The notes beneath the pieces were generated by a model that saw only the letters and a program-made list of their open reading frames with translations, had not been told where the DNA came from and searched no databases. From the NCBI GenBank assembly GCA_045837725.1, contig JBEWZL010000077.1, positions 496,001-560,000 of the forward strand: 64,000 nucleotides of DNA. Reading direction: 5' to 3'. Origin of the DNA: Vermamoeba vermiformis. Taxonomy: Eukaryota. The position numbers and the translations under genes were made by a program. Each line of letters starts with the position of its first letter. The stretch's first letter is position 1. Positions 1-13,651 of this stretch are shown here, in pieces.

Positions 1-2870
1 ATCTTGCTACTCAGCTCTGTCCGTTCATGCCCAATGCTGTTTGGGGTACCGAGTACGTACTTGGCTAGTGAACTGAATTTGCGTCTCGCTTACTAATGAT
101 CATTAACAAAAGAATTAGTGTTGACTTGAAAGTGATACAGAAACTTGTGCAGAACGATGCAGATTGGAAGAATTCGATCGACCATGTACTTAACATGTTT
201 GAAGACAACCTGGAATCAAAGAAAAGAAAAAAGAATAATACCGACGATGGCCCTAAAACGAAAAAACAAAAGCTCTTAGATTCTTCATCGATGCCGGCTC
301 CTATTGACAAAAGATGGATTCGAATGAGCAATTTCCAATTATTTTAACGCAAGCAGACAGTGCCACGCAAGATGAGGGCCAGACAGGCAGCAATCCTGGT
401 CTCCAGACTACTGTGATGAACAAGGGAATTGCAGAAATCAAAGCAAAAAAGGGGCGCATGGACGGTTGTTTCCATCTTACAAAGGAGATTTATGGAACAA
501 CAGTTATTTTCGAATACAAATCTGAACTGAAAGGCACAACTGACACAGCAATGAGAGAAGCAGAATTAAGTGCAAGGCTGCAAACCTCATTCTATGCAAT
601 ACTTTGTCTTCTCTATCGTGCCTTCACGTACCCTAATGTCACTCACAACATCATTGCATTCATCTGCTTTGGCTGGGTTGTGCATGTTGTGCACTATCAG
701 ATTGACACACAGAAAAAAATTAAGCATAATCAAATTGAAATTTTTGATCTCAAGCAAGACAAAGAGTACTTGAAATATTGCTGCCTTCTGACACATCTTC
801 CGCACTTCATTGAGGCTGAGAGTGAAAAAATGAAGAGGTCTGGAGATGAAGAAAATAGTAATAACAACAGTGAAGACCTACAATCAAGCCAGCCTGTTGC
901 CTATAGTTCAAACAGCACAGGTCAATCAGAAAAGCCAGAACCAAGGGAAAACAAAAAGGACAACACTAATCAAGGTACATCTGGTGAAAGCTCAGCTGGA
1001 CCTCCAACAGGTGAGTACTTGGGTTGCACTAATCACCAAACTCACCTACTTTGATGCAGACAATTTGTTGTGTGTTCCTTTTGTGCTACAACCACCACAG
1101 GGACTGTTAGGCTCCCACCTGCAAGTGGATGACTTTGCACCTGAGTATAACAAAGACTTGGTTGAATGGCCCTCCAAGGTTGGGTACCGAGGCTACACAA
1201 CAAAAACACAATTTGGTGCTAATGTGGAGGTTCGAAAGACTGAGGGTTTTCACTTTGAAGTTCAAGTGCTGCGCAAGATGCAAGGCAGACTTGGTGTGCC
1301 AGAGTTGGTTGCCTATTACAGCAAGAAGTCTGATCGGTTCCAACGCACTGTGCATGTCTATGCCACCTTAGAGTATCAACTAACACCCTCAACACTTACT
1401 ATAAAAGGCAAGATTCGAAGTCTCCTCCAAGCTCTTCATGTGCTTCATGCAGAGGGTGTCCAGAATGGTAGAATTCGAGCAGATTCAATACGGTGGAGTG
1501 GTGATGAAATTAAGGTAAGTGCAATTCACAATTGCAGTCTGGGCAGTTTTGACAATATTTGCAGTTTATATCATGGTCTAATTGTAGAATTCGACAAGAA
1601 GCATTTGACTTTGACGAAGCATACCCTGGATATGACCTCTTGGGTGCAGGTCAAGTCATCAAGACATGGTGTTCACAAGCTTCTGAAACTGAGCGAGTGC
1701 AGTTCAATCGCCTTGCTGATGCATTGGTGAGTTCAAATTCATATTGTAATGTATCTGTCGCTAATTGGACCTCAGATGGGTCCCTGCTCGTATCGCAGAA
1801 TATCACTTGAAGCAGCTCTTGAGTCCATTGATGACCTGAGTGTGTTGGACAGATTCTTCGACAAGTATGGCACCATTGATACCATGACATTTGAGTAAGT
1901 GAATATACTTGACTACTGTGTTAATGCATCCCTCAGGGAAAGATTGAAATGCTGCAATGATTGCGAGTTGGCAACCTACGTAAACAAAGTAACTGCACAA
2001 ATGTTTGCAGGAGATGTTCCTGAGATGACACAGGAAGAGGCTCTTGCTCAGATTGGGGTGAAAAGCTATTGAGCAAACAAGTACCACCCACACGTCTACA
2101 AGGGCATCTATAATGACTGTCCAGTGTTTGTTAAAATCCTCTCTGACCGGTTGGCTGATCGTGATGTGGGTTGTGAATTCATGATCTCACAATTGCTGAG
2201 CAACAAGAGTGTTCACTTTCCAGAACTGGTCAAGCACCACTTGTTCAAGAATTCAGCCAATTGGGAAAGCAAATTCAACGTCATGATGGTCTTCAGTGCG
2301 TACAGACGACATCCACCAAAGAAATCCAAAGACATCATCAAATTCAGCACTCAGTTGTGTGCAGCAATTGAGGATATGCACTCGCTTCACTTGGTGCACT
2401 CAGATGTCGCTCCACAGAACATTGTGTGGGACTTAAATGGTGATTTAGTGGTAAGAATTACCTGTGTTTTGCATAACAATTTTTAAACTATTTCATCTGT
2501 ATTAGTTGATTGACTTTGGCAGCACGTACTACGCAAACATTAATGCAAATAGTGAAGCAAACTGGATATTGCCATTCGGTCACAAAGGTTTCATGGTGGA
2601 CCCACCTGAACGACACCGGTTTTTTGGGGCAGATGTTTACAGTGCAGGAAAGACAATTGAATATTATGCCAAACAGTGGAATCAATGGAACGACAAGATT
2701 GCTTCAATTGTTAATTTGATGGTAGGTTTTAGTGTTTGACATTGTTCTCATACTTATAGTCATTTTTTTCCAAGACTCCTGCTCAATGGGAGGACAGAAT
2801 TTCAATCAAAGAAGCCAAGCAGAGGTTTGAAGAATTCCAGACCAAAGGCACCAATGAGAACAATAGTTAA
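1..2870 (+). pseudogene. Crinkler/CR-effector-like gene: putative PD-(D/E)xK nuclease-like domain + pseudokinase + protein kinase. The 5' end probably lies outside the window and there are two apparent lesions.
   Basis: GT-AG introns (e.g. 1011-1059, 1515-1564, 1727-1776) join the ORF fragments. Motifs are DG..x..IFEYK, a degenerate kinase (HAEGVQNGRIRADSI...IKFISW) and a second kinase with HSDVAPQNIV and LIDFG. There is a frameshift at ~308-344 with no GT donor available, an in-frame TGA at 2070-2072, and a terminal TAA at 2868-2870. Confidence 0.6.
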
Positions 2871-3003
2871 TTTGCAGAACAAAATTTTTCATTCTTAAAT
2901 TTTCTTTTGCTTTGATAAAATCTATCAAAACTAAATGCTCAAATAAGTGAAGTTGAAAACAAAACTATTTACAATTTATACAACAAACAACTCCTATCTA
3001 GAG

Positions 3004-6000
3004 TTATTTCTTTGATGGATCAGCGATGCCGTATTTTCTGTCGCTGTCAATTTTGTGTTTCGAATCCGCCATGTTTCGCACGGCAAGGGCAATCGTGAAG
3101 CCAGCTTTCAATAGACCTCTTGTGGGCTTCAAAATGATGTACGGAATCACCTTGACACTTTCGTAGATAACGCCCTATATAACGATTAGGAAAAAAGATC
3201 CAGATGCGGATGTAGTTTTTGACACTTACAGTCAGACTTTGTTTCTTATATTCTTCAGCTGCGTCATATATCTGTTGCCTTACGCCTTCTAATTCTTGGG
3301 CGAGTGCATCTAAGGCCTGCGACAAGCCTTCACCAAAAGTTCCAGGCTGATTCGCGTACGCCGAGCTGATGACTTTTCTGCGCATATTTCTGCGGTCCTT
3401 ATTGTGCAACAGCGCATTAATTTCTTCGTCTTTTTTGTAGTCGTATTGATCTTCTTTTTGTTCTTGCTCGCTGTGCGATTCTTCTTCCTCGTCCAAGTCA
3501 CGGATCTCGGATCCGCTCTTCGGCACAGGAGCATTGGTGTTGCTATTATTGTTCGTAGTATCAATAGGGCTGAGAGCTATGTCAACCACACGCCATGCAC
3601 CAGCCAATGCACGTGCAGCAAAGGTCGCAGCTGTCGCGCCAAGTTTGCCTGGCGACGCGCCTTTTACAGCATTTACTGCGGATCGGAGTTCAGTGAGACC
3701 TGGGAACGAGCCCAACATTTTAGGAGCCTATATGATAGTGTTAATATAACGACATAGGCGAGCATAATATAATCTTATAGTTCAAAGTACCTGGTGTGGC
3801 AATTGGCTCCAGATCTCGTAGCCCAAAAACGTGAATAAGTTGCCCCAGCCATTCACGTCGTGAATTACAATTTCTGAGAATTTGACGTACGTTCTTTCCG
3901 TGCTAATTAAACGCAGTTTGATGTCGACTAAGAACGACATGGGCGATATTCTAACGTACTCGATGAACGACTCTTCGGACGGTTTTTGATCCTTGACACT
4001 GCTACTGTTGTTGTTATTGTTGCCGGAGTTAGGCTTGACGTCAGACGAGAACGCGTATTTGAAGAATCTTTGCAGAAATCTCGCTGTTGGTAACGCCAAG
4101 TTGACGCGCAAAGGCAACATATTAACCTACTCATATCGCCATTAATTAACGTATATTTCATAATAAATTCATCAAGTATTGATAATATTTGTATAATTGT
4201 AAGAAATGGCTTATGTTTGAAGGGAGATCTAGTCCTGAAAAAGATCTGATCCGGATGTACTTACGGTCCAATGATACGAATTCTTTTGCTGATTGTCCAC
4301 CAAGACCGAATAAGACTTCAGTAGTGTCGAGAATATATGGCTAGTCTTTGCTTCCTTAGAGTCATCGCAGCACAACAACATGTGATTGTTAGACTTTGGC
4401 ACAGCATCGATGAGTTGAATATCGTCCACATCGAGTCTAAGCATCCAATTAGGCAGCTCTAGGCGGCCATTTTTCAGCGAAGATTCCATCAAATCTTTCA
4501 CGTCCTCGAAAGAAAACAAAATCATTTCAAAGTTGAACTTGTCAAAAAATGCTTCGACCATCGGCTTGCTGGATCTCGGAAGTTTCCGGCGCGGGTGCTT
4601 GTGCTTGTCGGGCCAATCACTGCCGTTGAATAAGTTGACGATAAGATCGAGTTGTTGGATCGAAATAAAAGTCGACGGATCTGGGTAGTCGTGTGGCACT
4701 GGAATGTTGAAAAATCTTTTTGGGCTCGGATGCGCTCTCGGAAAATAATTTTCCTGGAAATTGATGAAATTGTCGGTCGTTAACCATCGCGAAACCGATT
4801 CTGGTCTATTTTTAGCCGCAGATTCGTTTGCAGCTATGTTCTCGAAAATAATCTGGTCGTCCAATCTCGCTTCGTTAGGATTTTCCGCCAACAATTCTTC
4901 CACGGGAATCTCCGCTGGTTCGTTGTTTTGGACCTCGGGATTACTCGCAAAGAACGCGGAAAAGAATTCCGAGAATACTTGCAAAGAATCCGGACAAAAG
5001 TTGAACGTGATCTTCGGCTGCAAAAATTCCATATGCAAACCAGGCTTAGTCTTTTCTCTAGTAGTGATGCGCATTTCAAATGGTCTGAAATTAGCGACTG
5101 GCACGAACTGTCTGTTGAGCCAAAAGTTCAATAACTTGTCGTATTCTAATTTGTTATTGACGTTGCTGTTCGAACTTTTCTCCGAAATTAATACTGTCAA
5201 CGGCTCAAATTTGAAGTTAAGCACCGTCGGTTGATTGTTTTGAGCTGGAAATTTTGACGGAAAATTCATCGTGATATTTTTCACAGCGATCGCTGCTGTC
5301 GGCAAAGTTTCCATATTTAGCAAGCTGCTGTTCAATTTGACAGTAGAATTGCGGATATTTAGCTGCATCAAATCTTCGATCTGGCCTTCGAGTTCAAAAA
5401 AGCTCTGTCGGGTAAAAATTTGCCTAAAATGGGAAATCCATTCATCGCTCAATTTGTACTCCAACAACAAATTCGTGCCAGTGATCACCATGGAAGTCTT
5501 CAACAATTGTTGCAAAGGTCTGTTCGTCATAATTAACCGCAAAGCTTTGCCGTGCTCGCCAGGGAACGGATAACTCGTGATGATTCGTTCATGAACGGTT
5601 GTTGTGGCTTCGAGTTGTTCCACCGTGACAGTAACGAATCGGTTCGTAGTGCCGGCGTGACCGACCACCGTGAAAATCTCCAAGTGATCTGCCGTGAGAT
5701 TATATTTCCGCTCTTCATCGAGTCCAATGCAGCCTTCAACTTTCGACGTTTTGACACGTATTGACATGTCGCTGATCTTGCTGGCATTGTTCGGCTTAGG
5801 AGCAGCGGAATTATTGTTATTTGCCACGGGATTACTACTTGGTGGCACCTTGTTCATGGCCAGCACGAAGAGCTCGATGGTGTTCATCAAGGTGTCGTAG
5901 TCACTTTTCATCAAGTTCGCGGTGACAGGTGCCAACTGGATAGTTAGCGTTGTTCTTGATTGGTTCATGTTATTCAGTATAAATTCTGACCAATCAGATT

Positions 6001-8355
6001 CGTTCTCTGGAGTAGGGTTAAGCGGCCTCGTAACGGCAAATTCACTGAAACTGTTGAACGCGATGCAATTGTTTCCGTATTGATCGCACACTGCTTGCAC
6101 GATACGTTGTTTGGTGTGGCCTGTAACGACGTATATTTTGATGTTTTGAAACTGCACCAAGTTCAATTGTTCTTCGTGATGTGACGAGTAGTTGACATCT
6201 GTCAAGTCAATCATGATGCGATCTTCACGCAATTTCATTGTCCTATGAGAGTGCTTGTCAGCTACAATACATTCACAGAAATCATTTCAGTGAAAAACTT
6301 ACGCAAAGTCTTGTACATCGATCGACTTGAGGTCTTGAGGCACCAATAGTTGAAGTCGGATCAACTGACAATTGACTCGCATTCGACTTGCGGGTACTTT
6401 TTGCCGTTGTGCTTGCTGGCTTCCTTTTTTAGAAGCATCGTTCTTATTCAATTTTGCCAACATAGTCGTAAAATCATTGACGCAATCGAGCCACTTGCGA
6501 AGTCTGGCCAGAATCAAAATATCAACCGGAATATCAATGGGCTTGATAGTGAGTTGCATGTCCGAGATATCGTCAGCAATTCCGCTGCTCAATTTGATCG
6601 CTGGCACGTCCTCGGGCAACGGCAAAATATCTTCGTGCCTGTCAAGTTCTTCGTCCGTGAAAAATTTGAGTATGTGTCGGGGCTGGAAGTTATTGCCATC
6701 CAACGATTCAATGAACTCCAAAGACGGAATAATTAAGTCCATAGATCCTTTGTGGTTCTGACTGAACGAAATTTTACGAGCCCAAAGATTGATCTGGTCG
6801 CTGATTAACTCTTCGTAGATCTTCTTATCGACATTCTTTGCCAAAATATTCCTTTGCGGACGCTTGTAGAGCAATGACGCGTTGACACGTGTCACTTTGA
6901 CGTCGACGACCCACTCGATTTGTTGATCAGTTGTGACAGCTGTTTGCGAGTTCGGTGTAAACCATTCGTCCTCGCTTATTCTCGTTGCTGAGAGCTCGCT
7001 CGATATACTTAAGAACATATCATCACTAACTGCGCCTTCATCTGGTATATAACTCTTGTTGTTGTAGATGCTGGTGCTGATCCGGATTTGGTTGTTGTTA
7101 TTTTTTGAAGAATTGACCGTCTGGCCCATAGTCGAATGATATACGCTGCTTGATACTTGTGACATCATCATACTAGCATTAGGCCAGTCTTCGTAAGCTG
7201 AATGAAATTGATCTTGCTCCATCCCGAAAGTTTCGGTCAAATGGTGAATTTCTTGTAATTGTTCCGGGCTAAGTAGTATATTAATTGACTCCATATTAAC
7301 CTCCGCTAGCATCTTCTTAATTCCAAAGAAATTCTTCGAACGATAAAGATCCATGGATAACGTTACGCAATTGAAAGTTCTATTCTTTCGCGTCAGATCT
7401 CCATCATTGATTGAAAATATTATAGCAACATTCTCTCTATTGTCCATATTAAGCATAGTATCCTTATCCAATGCTGTTTCAAGCTTTGGACGGGTATACA
7501 GTCCGATCTTAAATCCGTTGAAGTAAATCTGCTTGTTCAGGTACGAAGGCAGTTGTGAAGCCATCATTGATTCCGTCGATGATATTTTTGCACCGTCTAT
7601 ATTCTTCACCCACATAGACTCCAAAAACAAAGCTAAGCCCATTCTTTCGGCCAGATGTGCCTCTTGACAAACTTCAGCACGGATCACGATGGAACGCAAC
7701 TCGATTTCAGCGTGGAAAAGCAGTCGCTCTAATAGACTAACGAGTGTAGTCTTCGTTTTGACATGTTCTTCGTTGCGTCTATCACTAGGCACGGAATTTT
7801 CGATAAGATCTGTTATTTTCTCGTGGAAACTTGCAACAAGATCTGACGGCTTGACATCGCGTTTTGAAGCTTAAAATATATTAGCAAAAATAGTAGGTGA
7901 TGCGTGTTAATATTTGCTTACAGTTCTTTAAGTCTTCGCTTTGATTGGGAATTAAAATTGTTTCAATTCCGTCGACTATTACTTTCAGATTTGGTCCGAC
8001 ATTAACTTGCGCTAAATTAATATGAAGGAGCCGAAATTCGAATGGTAATTTTAGCGGTGATATGGCCTCGTTAAGTTTCTGTTGAAATATCGTCAATTAT
8101 TTTTAATTTCGTAAAAAATTGCGGATCAAATAAAAATTAATTTTTGCTTACCACGTAGTCAAAATCTAAATCTCTCACGATTAATTTTCCATTATCATTC
8201 TCTATTTGTTCTAAAGCGAGAGGTCTTTGCAATAAAGGCCCGATCGCACTCTGCAGAGTTTTCTTTACAATCCTTATAGCAAAGAAATCAACCAGTGTTT
8301 TGAACGTACCCGAGTTATTCGTACTCTGGGTAGTTGTAGACCCTGTTTGACCCAT
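3004..8355 (-). CDS. ATG2: Autophagy-related protein 2 (ATG2; Chorein-N lipid transfer protein), multi-exon
   Basis: Chorein-N-like start (IVKKTLQSAIGPLL..LALEQIE..GKLIVRDL), long beta-rich middle exons, and ATG2 C-terminal signatures (GYEIWSQLPHQV, SAYANQP..FGEGLSQA, IP..ILKPT..AVRN..D...KY). Confidence 0.85.
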
Positions 8356-8867
8356 TTAAATAAATAAATCGGGTCTCAGTCTTGTGTTGTCATCAATTAA
8401 AAAAATACGAAATTTAACAGATTCAATTCTTTTTCTGCACTTATGTCCCTTTGCGTGCTTAACCTATTTTTCGGCCTATAAAATAGCGAATTATCGTTTT
8501 GAAATATCAAAACAGCCAAATATGCCATGACCGACAGGGAAAAATGAAGATCGAAATCTGGACGTCAGATTTCTTCGGACGGATCGAATTTTTTAGCCAG
8601 GAGCTTCACATTATTCATGCTGAAGTACAGAGTATGATCGAATTAAGTCCCTTGAAGCAGAAGTAGGCATTCTACGGGCTCAATCAGCAAATCTAAGCGG
8701 ATCAAGCCCAAATAATACGAATTACAATAATAGAGGTCAATTTAGAGCACGTAATACTAATAAAATAATAACACTCCAATTTATGTTAATAATACTAGAA
8801 CTGTCGTTGAAACTCCTTACGAACACAAAACTCGGTAAATTTACTCAAGATAATTAGAGCAGAATGA

Positions 8868-10870
8868 TCAAAACATAGTAAGTACAATTGCACCAACAAT
8901 CAATCCAATCACTGAGCACTCTGCTGTGCTACCCAAAGACACTTTCCGGGTAGGAGTTGAACTGACAGGAGAACTAACAGGAGTGCTGCTTTGTTGAGGA
9001 GGATCAACTGGGGCACTGACTGGAGCACTGACTGGAGCACTAACTGGCTCTGCTACTGGAACTGCAACAGGAGCATTAACTGCAACATTAAATTAGTACA
9101 AGTCACTCAAGTTGCAGTTCTGACTTACCACAAACATTGTTAGAGCAAGTGTTGCTTGTGCAATCAGAGTCCTGATCACAAGTGCTGCCTAGTGTACAAG
9201 GAGAACAAGCTCCACCACCACAATCAACGTCAGTTTCATTTTGATTCTTCCATCCATCCTCACATGATGGAATTGCTATCAAGAAGTGAGTAGACAACCT
9301 TTCAGCTGTTGATTGATACTTACCACACATGTTAGCTGGAGAACAGTAGTTGTTCTGACAATCTGAAGCTTGGCTGCAAGTTTTACCAAGAGCACATGCA
9401 GAGCAGTTGGGTCCACCACAATCCACATCAGTCTCATCTTGGTTTTTTTGATTATCAGTGCAAGTAGCCTCTATAATGAACCATTATCAGTATAGTTTAA
9501 GTATTATTAGTCTCAGATCTGAATACTTACTGCAAACATCACTTTCACACACATTACTGGTACAATCACTATTGAAAAAACAACTGCTGCCTGCTGCACA
9601 AGTACCACAATTTGGACCACCACAGTCAATGTCAGTCTCATTTTGGTTCTTCAAGTTGTCAGTGCAAGTTGCCACTGGCGAGGGACTGATAGAATAGTAA
9701 AGGCCAGTTGATGAAATTTTAGTTGGGGCACCAAAATTGCTGCCAGTGTCCATCATGTAGAAGAAATAAGTGTTTCCTGATGACAAATACAAGATGTAAG
9801 TTCTGCCACCAATGTCCATGGCTGTCAGTTGTGCCGCTTGTAAACCAGTATCTCCTGTGTACACTTTGACTAGACCTTGGTCACTATCAACATATTTAGC
9901 CAAAGTATTAGGTCCCTCCATGATATAATAGGCCGAGTTGTGAATACAAAACCAAGTTTTCGAAGCCAAGATCTGCAAAAAATCCGATTGGCTGGTTGTA
10001 GCAGCTGGTGTCATAGCGCCAAAATTGCCGCTAGCATAAAATGCATACAATGTATTTTCTACGACTTGAATAGTCCATACCATTGGGTTCATTTTAGTGA
10101 CAATGTTGGATGTGGTTGCGGATGTCGATCCACGAGTTGCGTAGCCAATTCCATCGAAATAATTGAACCAAACATCTTGACCACTCATAACAACCTCTCT
10201 TAGTGGTGAGGCAGAGCCCATTGAGGTGATATCTGCGTTCTCGCCATTAGCATTCAGAGTGTAGGCGTAAAGCGTTAAATCGCCGGCAGAACCCTTTATT
10301 AACGGAAGAATTAGCTGGGTGCCCGAGGTGTCGAGGTGAATGATGCAGGTAGGACAGTCATAACTAATAGGTATTATCGTTAAAACCAAAATTTAAAGTC
10401 ATTACGGGATTAGAATTTTTATATTTTGAATTTAGCAGATTCTTGCATAATTTGAATTCAAGATCAAGTAATAATAACGTTTTGTGGTTAAAAAATAAAT
10501 AGCGTAATCACTAATGTTAGCAAAGAAATCTTTGGATCGAAAATAAACGTTACGCAAACTGAATCAAATTGCTCGGGAAACTCCGAAGCGGTGAATACTA
10601 CCAATTTTTACATGACAAATTATAATTACTAAAAAAATCAAAATAATTATCGTGGAGCAGAGGGAATTCATCCAACCCACATCCACCCAAAAATGCTTAC
10701 CCTGCAGGCAGACTAATCGTCTGTATCTCCGATCCGTCAATGGCGTACTCCGTGATGCCCCCAGGACGAGCCACTACAAAGGTGTCTTTGGAGAACGGAG
10801 CTGATCGACCAAGTTGGAAAGTCAAAAAAGAAATAATAATCAATAAGCAAGCAATGCTGATGTTTGCCAT
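8868..10870 (-). CDS. Secreted, probably GPI-anchored surface protein with three CxDxxKNQxETDxDCGG cysteine-rich repeats and a PVSA stalk
   Basis: Signal peptide MANISIACLLIIISF..., a ~280-aa beta-rich domain, three Cys repeats separated by introns, (PVxA)n stalk, and a hydrophobic C-terminus with no cytoplasmic tail (..VIGLIVGAIVLTMF*). Confidence 0.75.
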
Positions 10871-11278
10871 GAGGTGAACATGCAACGACTAAAACAAATT
10901 TAAGTTAGCGCCCCAACTCCAACGTTTAGCAACTACTACTAAATTACCTAAAAAGGAAATTTTGGCCCGTGCTGTCGCGAAAGAATCCGACAATTAAATA
11001 GCAGAGTTATTCTTCATGCCACGCTTAAATACTTCACTTCATATTTGTGGTTTCGTTAAATCCATCGAATTCGTTATACACGCGAGGGAGTGCCGATCTG
11101 ACAAATTTTCATGCCGGGCAATCGAGTCCAGCGTGTGTCCAGAACATCGATGTCTGAACTGAGCACTGGGACCTCCTTCTAATTGCGAGTGCATTGATAA
11201 GTACTGCATTTCTTGCGTACCAATCCAGCGCCGGATCATCAGAGAGCTTTAAGTTTCGTCGTGCTGAATGCGAGTTGA

Positions 11279-11701
11279 TCATAATAACCGAGCTAACACC
11301 GAACTGATCGATTTGCCATGGGCCATCTTCGGCAAATTAGGAAGGAGGCCAAGATCGATTGTGGCACCTTTGTTGAACGGATCGGAATTGTGCTTCACAC
11401 GCGCTTGTAACGTTACAGGCGCGAGTCCGCAAAAGGCTTTGCACGAGGCTTCTCGATAAATAACCATGTAAGTTGCGTATAGAGCATGATAATCAGTTCG
11501 GTAATATCCCCCATACCTTGAAATTTGGACCGCGGTCAGTGGATTTGATCGAGTTTTGATATCAACTACGGACTCCATTCTATTAACTAATTCATAATCA
11601 TATAGTACGAGGATTTGATGCCATTCTTTGAAGTTAAGCGTGGCGAGCTTTGTTTCATAATTAAAATATAACCCGGTTATAATAAATTTCTTTAATTCCA
11701 T
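11279..11701 (-). CDS. Hypothetical protein (probable exon; gene limits unclear)
   Basis: 140-aa ORF with plausible composition and an upstream AT-rich intron-like segment; no recognisable domain. Confidence 0.3.
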   Translation of the reverse strand: MELKKFIITGLYFNYETKLATLNFKEWHQILVLYDYELVNRMESVVDIKTRSNPLTAVQISRYGGYYRTDYHALYATYMVIYREASCKAFCGLAPVTLQARVKHNSDPFNKGATIDLGLLPNLPKMAHGKSISSVLARLL

Positions 11702-12690
11702 TAGCAGCGTCTACTGTAAAATTGATTAATAAGTGTTAATATGAATTTCGTAGAAGTGTTATTACGCGGCAAATATTCCGTCTATTTTGCAAAACTCGAT
11801 CTATTAAAATTTGTATCGTTGTACAAACCCATACCGTAGGAAAAATAGCGGCACTAATCCATATACCTGTATACATACAAATTTTCGCACTGTTGTGGTG
11901 GATGTCGATCAGAATCAAAAAATGCGCTTGAGACAGTTACGAAGGATTCAGGTTCGTGACCCTGCACAATTTGGCTTAACGCCATATTTTTGGTCAGACT
12001 ATGGCGTAATAGCTAATAAACCTATAACCGGTGGAAACCCAAACAACAGCCAGATCGGCCGAAGCGAAGGCTACGATTTAATCACGATTGCTGAATCTCT
12101 ATTCAATTAAACATGTATTAATTATATTATATTTTATTATGTTTGTGTACCTAAATAACTTAGATATTTTTGAAAATCTCCAATCGCGGGATAATTTTAG
12201 GCAGTGACGTGGAATTATCGGTAATGGATTTTATGACTCTATTGCTTAATAAATAAGCTATCTGTACTCCGAGATATTAGTATTAAGCATAGTGAGCTAG
12301 CAAATTCGTGATCTATTGAAAAATTAGAGCAACTTGATCGTCAACCAAAGAACCGGCTTTATTAGCAAATCAATACTTGCACTACAGTATACTTAGCAAC
12401 AAAGATACTAAGTTTCTCTCGTATAATACCGAAATTGAACCAACAAAATCTTTTTTGTGAGCTCGAAAGATATTTTTGGATCAAATTCAGTTCATTACGC
12501 AAAAAGAAGTAATTTGATACGATAATAAGGTGCTGCGTATTACTTTTAATAATATTTATTGAGTTACAAAGTTTTTCGTTTTTTTACAATATTGATCAAA
12601 GGACAATCATTTTGCATTTAAAAATCTTGTGAATTATAGAAGCGCGTAGGCTTTATACTATAATACGCAAGACATTGCTATGCACTGCTC

Positions 12691-12969
12691 TTATTTCTTA
12701 GCAGCAGCAGACTCGATTTCGGTCAAGAAACCCTTTCTGTCAACAGTTTTGATGTGAACATTGGGGTCGACGACGGGCTTGGATTTGTCAACGGTCTCGG
12801 CGTGCTTGAGCTCGTGAGGGGCAGTAACTTCGTTCAAGAAACCACTTCTGTCGACGGTCTTAATGTGGACATTAGGGTCAACAACAGGCTTGGATTTGTC
12901 AACAGTCTCGGCGTGCTTGAGTTGGTGGTCCTTGGTGACTTCTTGGAGAAGAGCGTTGTGGTCGGCCAT
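12691..12969 (-). CDS. Actobindin (G-actin-binding, tandem WH2/thymosin-like repeats)
   Basis: 92 aa, intronless, with a duplicated LKHAETVDKSKPVVDPNVHIKTVDR unit typical of amoebozoan actobindins. Confidence 0.9.
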   Translation of the reverse strand: MADHNALLQEVTKDHQLKHAETVDKSKPVVDPNVHIKTVDRSGFLNEVTAPHELKHAETVDKSKPVVDPNVHIKTVDRKGFLTEIESAAAKK

Positions 12970-13651
12970 GGTGATAAGGGTAGGTGTGTTAGTGTTAATG
13001 AATTTGAATGATTTTTTGGTTTTGAAAAGTTTTTATTTTTTGGGTCAAATTCGAGCCACGTGAAAAATATGGCCGAAGAACCAATAGGAACGCGGTATTG
13101 GAAAATCTTGGTCGCCACGTGGGTCGAAGCTTGATGGACGTAAGGGAGATTTGATTGAAAATTGAATGAAGAATAATCGTGTGGCCATAAGTCGTTTCAA
13201 ATCCGAATCTAAGGTCTGTTTTTTTCCTCCAGTTCTCTGTGGATGCGAGTTTGACACTTTTAGCCGATCTGCCAGAAGTATGTCAGGTATGCTGTAAAAC
13301 GTTTGTAGGTTCGCACCCCGCTATTTCCGACTTAGATTTTTTTGTGGGGACATATCTGCTTTTGTGTCGGCCAACAATCGAAATTTGGGCTTGGTATCGG
13401 CGGAATATGTCTTTTTACACGGTACAATATTGTGACAAATTAAGCTGAGCTGTTTTGGAGCTCGCGTTTCGAGATAGCCAATTGTTTCAATTTCACAAAT
13501 TTAAATCGTGATCTCGTTTCAGTATCTTCTGTTAAAGTTCTAAAGTGTTTATCGCACGGTATTATATTAGCGTATAGCGTGCCAAACTGTTTAAGAGTTG
13601 ACAAAAGTTTTGAAATTAAATTATTTTTTATTTTCAATTTTTTTCAGACGG

